From: Eledone cirrhosa | Taxonomy: Eukaryota | NCBI GenBank assembly: GCA_964016885.1 | Contig: OZ024744.1 | Span: 47,244,001-47,308,000 of the forward strand | Length of the DNA: 64,000 bases | Direction of reading: 5' to 3' | Part shown: positions 13,201 to 25,060 of the stretch, piece after piece | How positions within the stretch are numbered: the first letter of the stretch is position 1 | Layout: each line of letters begins with the position of its first letter | The notes under the pieces: model-generated | What the model was told of the DNA's origin: nothing | The model's input: only the letters and a program-made list of their open reading frames with translations | Databases searched by the model: none | Translations under genes and position numbers: made by a program

Positions 13201-13908
13201 CTTTACAGTGTGGGCTGGGTGCTTTTTGCTGTGTCTTTCACGCGTCCACTTTACAGTGTGGGCAGGGTGCTTTTTGCTGTGTCTTTCACATGTCCACTTT
13301 ACAATGTGGGCTGGGTGCTTTTTGCTGAGTCTTTCACATGTCCACTTTACAGTGTGGGCTGGGTGCTTTTTGCAGTGTCTTTCACACGTCCACTTTATAG
13401 TGTGGGCTGGGTGCTTTTTGCTGTGTCTTTCACATGTCCAATTTACAGTGTGGGCTGGGTGCTTTTTGCTGTGTCTTTCACATGTCCACTTTACAATGTG
13501 CGCCGGGTGCTTTTTGCTGTGTCTTTCACATGTCCACTTTACAGTGTCGGCTGGGTGCTTGTTGCTGTGTCTTTCTCACGTCCAAATTACAGTGTGGGCT
13601 GGGTGATTTTTGCTGTGTCTTTCACATGTACACTTTACAGTGTGGGCTGGGTGCTTTTTGCAGTGTCTTTCACACGTCCACTTTACAGTGTGTGCTGGGT
13701 GCTTTTTGCTGTGTCTTTCACATGTCCACTTTACAGTGTGGGCTGGTTGCTTTTTGCTGTGTCTTTCACATATCCACTTTACAGTGTGGGCTGGGTGCTT
13801 TTTGCTGTGTCTTTCACGCGTCCACTTTACAGTGTGGGCTGGGTGCTTTTTGCTGTGTCTTTCACATGTCCACTTTACAATGTGGGCTGGGTGCTTTTTG
13901 CTGTGTCT
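7200..13908. repeat. Near-tandem block duplication with period 3598 bp (75 monomers - 2 bp), about 7200-10310 vs 10798-13908
   Basis: ORF pairs 7456/11054, 7710/11308, 7847/11445, 8626/12224, 9212/12810 and 10012/13610 all differ by 3598. Both copies carry the same two adjacent T5>T4 deletions and private variants (TTGAAG, TCTTCCG, GGACTCGG, CATGCCC). Confidence 0.93.
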
Positions 13909-16900
13909 TTCACATCTCCACTTTACAGTGTGGGCTGGGTGCTTCTTGCAGTGTCTTTCACACGTCCACTTTACAGTGTGGGCTGGGTGCTTTTTGCTGT
14001 GTCTTTCACATGTCCACTTTACAGTGTGGGCTGGGTGCTTTTTGCTGTGTCTTTCACATGTCCACTTTATAGTGTGGGCTGGGTGCTTTTTGCAGTGTCT
14101 TACACACGTCCACTCTACAGTGTGGGCTGGGTGCTTTTTGCTGTGTCTTTCACGTGTCCACTTTACAATGTGGGCTGGGTACTTTTTGCTGTGTCTTTCA
14201 CATGTCCACTTTACAGTGTGGGCTGGGTGCTATTTGCTGTGTCTTTCACATGTCCACTTTACAGTGTGGGCTGGGTGCTTTTTGCTGTGTCTTTCACATG
14301 TCCACTTTACAATGTGAGCTGGGTGCTTTTTGCTGTGTCTTTCACATCTCCACTTTACAGTGTGGGCTGGGTGCTTGTTGCTGTGTCTTTCTCACGTCCA
14401 CTTTACAGTGTGGGCTGGGTGCTTTTTGCTGTGTCTTTCACATGTCCACTTTACAGTGTGGGCTAGGTGCTTTTTTCAGTGTCTTTCACACGTCCACTTT
14501 ACATTGTGGGCTGGGTGCTTGTTGCTGTGTCTTTCTCACGTCCACTTTACAGTGCGGGCTGGGTGCTTTTTGCTGTGTCTTTCACATGTCCACTTTACAG
14601 TGTGGGCTGGGTGCTTTTTTCAGTGTCTTTCACATGTCCACTTTACAGTGTGGGCTGGGCGCTTTTTGCAGTGTCTTTCAAACGTCAACTTTACAGTGTG
14701 GGCTGGGTGCTTTTTACTGTGTCTTTCACATGTCCACTTTACAGTGTGGGCTGTGTGCTTGTTGCTGTGTCTTTCTCCCGTCCACTTTACAGTGTGGGCT
14801 GGGTGCTTGTTGCTGTGTCTTTCACATGTCCACTTTACAGTGTGGGCTGGGTGCTTTTTTCAGTGTCTTTTACACGTCCACTTTACAGTGTGGGCTGGGT
14901 GCTTGTTGCTGTGTCTTTCTCACGTCCACTTTACATTGTGGGCTGGGTGCTTTTTGCTGTGTCTTTCACATGTCCAGTTTACAGTGTGGGCTGGGTGCTT
15001 TTTTCAGTGTCTTTCACACGTCCACTTTACAGTGTGGGCTGGGTGCATGTTGCTGTGTCTTTCTCACGTCCACTTTACAGTGTGGGCTGGGTGCTTTTTG
15101 CTGTGTCTTTCACATGTCCACTTTACAGTGTGGGCTGGGTGCTTTTTTCAGTGTCTTTCACATGTCCACTTTACAGTGTGGGCTGGGTGCTTTTTGCTGT
15201 GTCTTTCACATGTCCACTTTACAATGTGGGCTGTGTGCTTTTTGCTGTGTCTTTCACATGTCCACTTTACAATGTGGGCTGGGTGCTTTTTGCTGTGTCT
15301 TTCACATGTCCACTTTACAGTGTGGGCTGGGTGCTTTTTGCTGTGTCTTTCACATGTCCACTTGACAGTGTGGGCTGGGTGCTTTTTGCTGTGTCTTTCA
15401 CATGTCCACTTTACAGTGTGGGCTGGGTCCTTTTTGCTGTGTCTTTCACATGTCCACTTTACAGTGTGGGCTGTGTGCTTTTTGCTGTGTCTTTCACATG
15501 TCCACTTTACAGTGTGGGCTGGGTGCTTTTTGCTGTGTCTTTCAAATGTCCACTTTACAATGTGGGCTGGGTACTTTTTGCTGTGTCTTTCACATGTACA
15601 CTTTACAATGTGGGCCGGGTGCTTTTTACTGTGTCTTTCACATGTCCACTTTACAGTGTGGGCTGGGTGCTTTTTGCTGTGTCTTTCACATGTCCACTTC
15701 ACAGTGTGGGCTGGGTACTTTTTGCTGTGTCTTTCACACGTCCACTTTACAGTTTGGGCTGGGTGCTTTTTGCTGTGTCTTTCACATGTCCACTTTACAG
15801 TGTGGGCTGGGTGCTTTTTGCTGTGTCTTTCACATGTCCACTTTACAGTGTGGGCTGGGTGCTTTTTGCTGTGTCTTTCACATGTCCACTTTACAGTGTG
15901 GGCTGGGTGCTTTTTGCTGTGTCTTTCACATGTCCACTTTACAATGTGGGCTGGGTGCTTTTTGCTGTGTCTTTCACATGTCCACTCTATAGTGTAGGCT
16001 GGGTGCTTTTTGCAGTGTCTTTCACACGTCCACTTTACAGTGTGGGCTGGGTGCTTTTTGCTGTGTCTTTCACATGTCCACTTTACAATGTGGACTGGGT
16101 GCTTTTTGCTGTGTCTTTCACATGTCCACTTTACAGTGTGGGGTGTGTGCTTCTTGCAGTGTCTTTCACACGTCCACTTTACAGTGTGGGCTGGGTGCTT
16201 TTTGCTGTGTCTTTCACATGTCCACTTTACAGTGTGGGCTGGGTGCTTTTTGCTGTGTCTTTCACATGTCCACTTTACAGTGTGGGCTGGGTGCTTTTTT
16301 CAGTGTCTTTCACATGTCCACTTTACAGTGTGGGCTGGGTGCTTTTTGCTGTGTCTTTCACATGTCCACTTTACAATGTGGGCTGGGTGCATTTTTGCTG
16401 TGTCTTTCACATGTCCACTTTACAGTGTGGGCTGGGTGCTTTTTGCTGTGTCTTTCACATGTCCACTTCACAGTGTGGGCTGGGTGCTTTTTGCTGTGTC
16501 TTTCACATGTCCACTTTACAGTGTGGGCTGGGTGCTTTTTGCTGTGTCTTTCACATGTCCACTTTACAGTGTGGGCTGTGTGCTTTCTGCTGTGTCTTTC
16601 ACATGTCCACTTTACAGTGTGGGCTGGGTGCTTTTTGCTGTGTCTTTCACATGTCCACTTTACAATGTGGGCTGGGTGCTTTTTGCTGTGTCTTTCACAT
16701 GTCCACTTTACAATGTGCGCCGGGTGCTTTTTGCTGTGTCTTTCACATGTCCACTTTACAGTGTCGGCTGGGTGCTTGTTGCTGTGTCTTTCTCACGTCC
16801 AAATTACAGTGTGGGCTGGGTGATTTTTGCTGTGTCTTTCACATGTACACTTTACAGTGTGGGCTGGGTGATTTTTGCAGTGTCTTTCACACGTCCACTT

Positions 16901-19900
16901 TACAGTGTGTGCTGGGTGCTTTTTGCTGTGTCTTTCACATGTCCACTTTACAGTGTGGGCTGGGTGCTTTTTGCTGTGTCTTTCACATATCCACTTTACA
17001 GTGTGGGCTGGGTGCTTTTTGCTGAGTCTTTCACACGTCCACTTTACAGTGTGGGCTGGGTGCTTTTTGCTGTGTCTTTCACGCGTCCACTTTACAGTGT
17101 GGGCTGGGTGCTTTTTGCTGTGTCTTTCACATGTCCACTTTACAATGTGGGCTGGGTGCTTTTTGCTGAGTCTTTCACATGTCCACTTTACAGTGTGGGC
17201 TGGGTGCTTTTTGCAGTGTCTTTCACACGTCCACTTTATAGTGTGGGCTGGGTGCTTTTTGCTGTGTCTTTCACATGTCCAATTTACAGTGTGGGCTGGG
17301 TGCTTTTTGCTGTGTCTTTCACATGTCCACTTTACAATGTGCGCCGGGTGCTTTTTGCTGTGTCTTTCACATGTCCACTTTACAGTGTCGGCTGGGTGCT
17401 TGTTGCTGTGTCTTTCTCACGTCCAAATTACAGTGTGGGCTGGGTGATTTTTGCTGTGTCTTTCACATGTACACTTTACAGTGTGGGCTGGGTGCTTTTT
17501 GCAGTGTCTTTCACACGTCCACTTTACAGTGTGTGCTGGGTGCTTTTTGCTGTGTCTTTCACATGTCCACTTTACAGTGTGGGCTGGGTGCTTTTTGCTG
17601 TGTCTTTCACATATCCACTTTACAGTGTGGGCTGGGTGCTTTTTGCTGAGTCTTTCACACGTCCACTTTACAGTGTGGGCTGGGTGCTTTTTGCTGTGTC
17701 TTTCACGCGTCCACTTTACAGTGTGGGCAGGGTGCTTTTTGCTGTGTCTTTAACATGTCCACTTTACAATGTGGGCTGGGTGCTTTTTGCTGAGTCTTTC
17801 ACATGTCCACTTTACAGTGTGGGCTGGGTGCTTTTTGCAGTGTCTTTCACACGTCCACTTTATAGTGTGGGCTGGGTGCTTTTTGCTGTGTCTTTCACAT
17901 GTCCAATTTACAGTGTGGGCTGGGTGCTTTTTGCTGTGTCTTTCACATGTCCACTTTACAATGTGCGCCGGGTGCTTTTTGCTGTGTCTTTCACATGTCC
18001 ACTTTACAGTGTCGGCTGGGTGCTTGTTGCTGTGTCTTTCTCACGTCCAAATTACAGTGTGGGCTGGGTGATTTTTGCTGTGTCTTTCACATGTACACTT
18101 TACAGTGTGGGCTGGGTGCTTTTTGCAGTGTCTTTCACACGTCCACTTTACAGTGTGTGCTGGGTGCTTTTTGCTGTGTCTTTCACATGTCCACTTTACA
18201 GTGTGGGCTGGTTGCTTTTTGCTGTGTCTTTCACATATCCACTTTACAGTGTGGGCTGGGTGCTTTTTGCTGTGTCTTTCACGCGTCCACTTTACAGTGT
18301 GGGCTGGGTGCTTTTTGCTGTGTCTTTCACATGTCCACTTTACAATGTGGGCTGGGTGCTTTTTGCTGTGTCTTTCACATCTCCACTTTACAGTGTGGGC
18401 TGGGTGCTTCTTGCAGTGTCTTTCACACGTCCACTTTACAGTGTGGGCTGGGTGCTTTTTGCTGTGTCTTTCACATGTCCACTTTACAGTGTGGGCTGGG
18501 TGCTTTTTGCTGTGTCTTTCACATGTCCACTTTATAGTGTGGGCTGGGTGCTTTTTGCAGTGTCTTACACACGTCCACTCTACAGTGTGGGCTGGGTGCT
18601 TTTTGCTGTGTCTTTCACGTGTCCACTTTACAATGTGGGCTGGGTACTTTTTGCTGTGTCTTTCACATGTCCACTTTACAGTGTGGGCTGGGTGCTATTT
18701 GCTGTGTCTTTCACATGTCCACTTTACAGTGTGGGCTGGGTGCTTTTTGCTGTGTCTTTCACATGTCCACTTTACAATGTGAGCTGGGTGCTTTTTGCTG
18801 TGTCTTTCACATCTCCACTTTACAGTGTGGGCTGGGTGCTTGTTGCTGTGTCTTTCTCACGTCCACTTTACAGTGTGGGCTGGGTGCTTTTTGCTGTGTC
18901 TTTCACATGTCCACTTTACAGTGTGGGCTAGGTGCTTTTTTCAGTGTCTTTCACACGTCCACTTTACATTGTGGGCTGGGTGCTTGTTGCTGTGTCTTTC
19001 TCACGTCCACTTTACAGTGCGGGCTGGGTGCTTTTTGCTGTGTCTTTCACATGTCCACTTTACAGTGTGGGCTGGGTGCTTTTTTCAGTGTCTTTCACAT
19101 GTCCACTTTACAGTGTGGGCTGGGCGCTTTTTGCAGTGTCTTTCAAACGTCAACTTTACAGTGTGGGCTGGGTGCTTTTTACTGTGTCTTTCACATGTCC
19201 ACTTTACAGTGTGGGCTGTGTGCTTGTTGCTGTGTCTTTCTCCCGTCCACTTTACAGTGTGGGCTGGGTGCTTGTTGCTGTGTCTTTCACATGTCCACTT
19301 TACAGTGTGGGCTGGGTGCTTTTTTCAGTGTCTTTTACACGTCCACTTTACAGTGTGGGCTGGGTGCTTGTTGCTGTGTCTTTCTCACGTCCACTTTACA
19401 TTGTGGGCTGGGTGCTTTTTGCTGTGTCTTTCACATGTCCAGTTTACAGTGTGGGCTGGGTGCTTTTTTCAGTGTCTTTCACACGTCCACTTTACAGTGT
19501 GGGCTGGGTGCATGTTGCTGTGTCTTTCTCACGTCCACTTTACAGTGTGGGCTGGGTGCTTTTTGCTGTGTCTTTCACATGTCCACTTTACAGTGTGGGC
19601 TGGGTGCTTTTTTCAGTGTCTTTCACATGTCCACTTTACAGTGTGGGCTGGGTGCTTTTTGCTGTGTCTTTCACATGTCCACTTTACAATGTGGGCTGTG
19701 TGCTTTTTGCTGTGTCTTTCACATGTCCACTTTACAATGTGGGCTGGGTGCTTTTTGCTGTGTCTTTCACATGTCCACTTTACAGTGTGGGCTGGGTGCT
19801 TTTTGCTGTGTCTTTCACATGTCCACTTGACAGTGTGGGCTGGGTGCTTTTTGCTGTGTCTTTCACATGTCCACTTTACAGTGTGGGCTGGGTCCTTTTT

Positions 19901-22200
19901 GCTGTGTCTTTCACATGTCCACTTTACAGTGTGGGCTGTGTGCTTTTTGCTGTGTCTTTCACATGTCCACTTTACAGTGTGGGCTGGGTGCTTTTTGCTG
20001 TGTCTTTCAAATGTCCACTTTACAATGTGGGCTGGGTACTTTTTGCTGTGTCTTTCACATGTACACTTTACAATGTGGGCCGGGTGCTTTTTACTGTGTC
20101 TTTCACATGTCCACTTTACAGTGTGGGCTGGGTGCTTTTTGCTGTGTCTTTCACATGTCCACTTCACAGTGTGGGCTGGGTACTTTTTGCTGTGTCTTTC
20201 ACACGTCCACTTTACAGTTTGGGCTGGGTGCTTTTTGCTGTGTCTTTCACATGTCCACTTTACAGTGTGGGCTGGGTGCTTTTTGCTGTGTCTTTCACAT
20301 GTCCACTTTACAGTGTGGGCTGGGTGCTTTTTGCTGTGTCTTTCACATGTCCACTTTACAGTGTGGGCTGGGTGCTTTTTGCTGTGTCTTTCACATGTCC
20401 ACTTTACAATGTGGGCTGGGTGCTTTTTGCTGTGTCTTTCACATGTCCACTCTATAGTGTAGGCTGGGTGCTTTTTGCAGTGTCTTTCACACGTCCACTT
20501 TACAGTGTGGGCTGGGTGCTTTTTGCTGTGTCTTTCACATGTCCACTTTACAATGTGGACTGGGTGCTTTTTGCTGTGTCTTTCACATGTCCACTTTACA
20601 GTGTGGGGTGTGTGCTTCTTGCAGTGTCTTTCACACGTCCACTTTACAGTGTGGGCTGGGTGCTTTTTGCTGTGTCTTTCACATGTCCACTTTACAGTGT
20701 GGGCTGGGTGCTTTTTGCTGTGTCTTTCACATGTCCACTTTACAGTGTGGGCTGGGTGCTTTTTTCAGTGTCTTTCACATGTCCACTTTACAGTGTGGGC
20801 TGGGTGCTTTTTGCTGTGTCTTTCACATGTCCACTTTACAATGTGGGCTGGGTGCATTTTTGCTGTGTCTTTCACATGTCCACTTTACAGTGTGGGCTGG
20901 GTGCTTTTTGCTGTGTCTTTCACATGTCCACTTCACAGTGTGGGCTGGGTGCTTTTTGCTGTGTCTTTCACATGTCCACTTTACAGTGTGGGCTGGGTGC
21001 TTTTTGCTGTGTCTTTCACATGTCCACTTTACAGTGTGGGCTGTGTGCTTTCTGCTGTGTCTTTCACATGTCCACTTTACAGTGTGGGCTGGGTGCTTTT
21101 TGCTGTGTCTTTCACATGTCCACTTTACAATGTGGGCTGGGTGCTTTTTGCTGTGTCTTTCACATGTCCACTTTACAATGTGCGCCGGGTGCTTTTTGCT
21201 GTGTCTTTCACATGTCCACTTTACAGTGTCGGCTGGGTGCTTGTTGCTGTGTCTTTCTCACGTCCAAATTACAGTGTGGGCTGGGTGATTTTTGCTGTGT
21301 CTTTCACATGTACACTTTACAGTGTGGGCTGGGTGCTTTTTGCAGTGTCTTTCACACGTCCACTTTACAGTGTGTGCTGGGTGCTTTTTGCTGTGTCTTT
21401 CACATGTCCACTTTACAGTGTGGGCTGGGTGCTTTTTGCTGTGTCTTTCACATATCCACTTTACAGTGTGGGCTGGGTGCTTTTTGCTGAGTCTTTCACA
21501 CGTCCACTTTACAGTGTGGGCTGGGTGCTTTTTGCTGTGTCTTTCACGCGTCCACTTTACAGTGTGGGCTGGGTGCTTTTTGCTGTGTCTTTCACATGTC
21601 CACTTTACAATGTGGGCTGGGTGCTTTTTGCTGAGTCTTTCACATGTCCACTTTACAGTGTGGGCTGGGTGCTTTTTGCAGTGTCTTTCACACGTCCACT
21701 TTATAGTGTGGGCTGGGTGCTTTTTGCTGTGTCTTTCACATGTCCAATTTACAGTGTGGGCTGGGTGCTTTTTGCTGTGTCTTTCACATGTCCACTTTAC
21801 AATGTGCGCCGGGTGCTTTTTGCTGTGTCTTTCACATGTCCACTTTACAGTGTCGGCTGGGTGCTTGTTGCTGTGTCTTTCTCACGTCCAAATTACAGTG
21901 TGGGCTGGGTGATTTTTGCTGTGTCTTTCACATGTACACTTTACAGTGTGGGCTGGGTGCTTTTTGCAGTGTCTTTCACACGTCCACTTTACAGTGTGTG
22001 CTGGGTGCTTTTTGCTGTGTCTTTCACATGTCCACTTTACAGTGTGGGCTGGTTGCTTTTTGCTGTGTCTTTCACATATCCACTTTACAGTGTGGGCTGG
22101 GTGCTTTTTGCTGTGTCTTTCACGCGTCCACTTTACAGTGTGGGCTGGGTGCTTTTTGCTGTGTCTTTCACATGTCCACTTTACAATGTGGGCTGGGTGT
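9075..22200. repeat. 13-monomer (624 bp) higher-order repeat in four clusters (about 9075-10270, 12670-13870, 16700-18340, 21170-22200)
   Basis: The diagnostic TGCGCCGGG starts at 9277, 9901 | 12875, 13499 | 16716, 17340, 17964 | 21181, 21805, exactly 624 bp apart within each cluster. It is always followed by the TGTCGG, CCAAATTAC, GTGATT and ATGTACAC variants. Confidence 0.93.
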
Positions 22201-25060
22201 TTTTGCTGTGTCTTTCACATCTCCACTTTACAGTGTGGGCTGGGTGCTTCTTGCAGTGTCTTTCACACGTCCACTTTACAGTGTGGGCTGGGTGCTTTTT
22301 GCTGTGTCTTTCACATGTCCACTTTACAGTGTGGGCTGGGTGCTTTTTGCTGTGTCTTTCACATGTCCACTTTATAGTGTGGGCTGGGTGCTTTTTGCAG
22401 TGTCTTACACACGTCCACTCTACAGTGTGGGCTGGGTGCTTTTTGCTGTGTCTTTCACGTGTCCACTTTACAATGTGGGCTGGGTGCTTTTTGCTGTGTC
22501 TTTCACATGTCCACTTTACAGTGTGGGCTGGGTGCTATTTGCTGTGTCTTTCACATGTCCACTTTACAGTGTGGGCTGGGTGCTTTTTGCTGTGTCTTTC
22601 ACATGTCCACTTTACAATGTGAGCTGGGTGCTTTTTGCTGTGTCTTTCACATCTCCACTTTACAGTGTGGGCTGGGTGCTTGTTGCTGTGTCTTTCTCAC
22701 GTCCACTTTACAGTGTGGGCTGGGTGCTTTTTGCTGTGTCTTTCACATGTCCACTTTACAGTGTGGGCTAGGTGCTTTTTTCAGTGTCTTTCACACGTCC
22801 ACTTTACATTGTGGGCTGGGTGCTTGTTGCTGTGTCTTTCTCACGTCCACTTTACAGTGCGGGCTGGGTGCTTTTTGCTGTGTCTTTCACATGTCCACTT
22901 TACAGTGTGGGCTGGGTGCTTTTTTCAGTGTCTTTCACATGTCCACTTTACAGTGTGGGCTGGGCGCTTTTTGCAGTGTCTTTCAAACGTCAACTTTACA
23001 GTGTGGGCTGGGTGCTTTTTACTGTGTCTTTCACATGTCCACTTTACAGTGTGGGCTGTGTGCTTGTTGCTGTGTCTTTCTCCCGTCCACTTTACAGTGT
23101 GGGCTGGGTGCTTGTTGCTGTGTCTTTCACATGTCCACTTTACAGTGTGGGCTGGGTGCTTTTTTCAGTGTCTTTTACACGTCCACTTTACAGTGTGGGC
23201 TGGGTGCTTGTTGCTGTGTCTTTCTCACGTCCACTTTACATTGTGGGCTGGGTGCTTTTTGCTGTGTCTTTCACATGTCCAGTTTACAGTGTGGGCTGGG
23301 TGCTTTTTTCAGTGTCTTTCACACGTCCACTTTACAGTGTGGGCTGGGTGCATGTTGCTGTGTCTTTCTCACGTCCACTTTACAGTGTGGGCTGGGTGCT
23401 TTTTGCTGTGTCTTTCACATGTCCACTTTACAGTGTGGGCTGGGTGCTTTTTTCAGTGTCTTTCACATGTCCACTTTACAGTGTGGGCTGGGTGCTTTTT
23501 GCTGTGTCTTTCACATGTCCACTTTACAATGTGGGCTGTGTGCTTTTTGCTGTGTCTTTCACATGTCCACTTTACAATGTGGGCTGGGTGCTTTTTGCTG
23601 TGTCTTTCACATGTCCTCTTTACAGTGTGGGCTGGGTGCTTTTTGCTGTGTCTTTCACATGTCCACTTGACAGTGTGGGCTGGGTGCTTTTTGCTGTGTC
23701 TTTCACATGTCCACTTTACAGTGTGGGCTGGGTCCTTTTTGCTGTGTCTTTCACATGTCCACTTTACAGTGTGGGCTGTGTGCTTTTTGCTGTGTCTTTC
23801 ACATGTCCACTTTACAGTGTGGGCTGGGTGCTTTTTGCTGTGTCTTTCAAATGTCCACTTTAAAATGTGGGCTGGGTGCTTTTTGCTGTGTCTTTCACAT
23901 GTACACTTTACAATGTTGGCCGGGTGCTTTTTACTGTGTCTTTCACATGTCCACTTTACAGTGTGGGCTGGGTGCTTTTTGCTGTGTCTTTCACATGTCC
24001 ACTTCACAGTGTGGGCTGGGTACTTTTTGCTGTGTCTTTCACACGTCCACTTTACAGTTTGGGCTGGGTGCTTTTTGCTGTGTCTTTCACATGTCCACTT
24101 TACAGTGTGGGCTGGGTGCTTTTTGCTGTGTCTTTCACATGTCCACTTTACAGTGTGGGCTGGGTGCTTTTTGCTGTGTCTTTCACATGTCCACTTTACA
24201 GTGTGGGCTGGGTGCTTTTTGCTGTGTCTTTCACATGTCCACTTTACAATGTGGGCTGGGTGCTTTTTGCTGTGTCTTTCACATGTCCACTCTATAGTGT
24301 AGGCTGGGTGCTTTTTGCAGTGTCTTTCACACGTCCACTTTACAGTGTGGGCTGGGTGCTTTTTGCTGTGTCTTTCACATGTCCACTTTACAATGTGGAC
24401 TGGGTGCTTTTTGCTGTGTCTTTCACATGTCCACTTTACAGTGTGGGGTGTGTGCTTCTTGCAGTGTCTTTCACACGTCCACTTTACAGTGTGGGCTGGG
24501 TGCTTTTTGCTGTGTCTTTCACATGTCCACTTTACAGTGTGGGCTGGGTGCTTTTTGCTGTGTCTTTCACATGTCCACTTTACAGTGTGGGCTGGGTGCT
24601 TTTTTCAGTGTCTTTCACATGTCCACTTTACAGTGTGGGCTGGGTGCTTTTTGCTGTGTCTTTCACATGTCCACTTTACAATGTGGGCTGTGTGCTTTTT
24701 GCTGTGTCTTTCACATGTCCACTTTACAATGTGGGCTGGGTGCATTTTTGCTGTGTCTTTCACATGTCCACTTTACAGTGTGGGCTGGGTGCTTTTTGCT
24801 GTGTCTTTCACATGTCCACTTCACAGTGTGGGCTGGGTGCTTTTTGCTGTGTCTTTCACATGTCCACTTTACAGTGTGGGCTGGGTGCTTTTTGCTGTGT
24901 CTTTCACATGTCCACTTTACAGTGTGGGCTGTGTGCTTTCTGCTGTGTCTTTCACATGTCCACTTTACAGTGTGGGCTGGGTGCTTTTTGCTGTGTCTTT
25001 CACATGTCCACTTTACAATGTGGGCTGGGTGCTTTTTGCTGTGTCTTTCACATGTCCACT
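12860..25060. repeat. Tandem triplication of a multi-kb block with periods 4465 bp (93 monomers + 1) then 3840 bp (80 monomers); ends approximate
   Basis: ORF triplets 14154/18619/22459, 14467/18932/22772, 15402/19867/23707 and 16010/20475/24315. Shared private variants CTTGACAG, GGGTCCT, CCAGTTT, TCTATAGTGTAGG, and a shared A insertion at 16391, 20856 and 24744. Confidence 0.93.

Noticed and set aside
12860-25060. Multi-kb duplicates as pure assembly artefacts
   Set aside because: Copies carry private differences (e.g. TAAAAT at about 23861, GTCCTCT at about 23613, different 13-mer counts), which favours real duplications. Exact copy number still needs read support.
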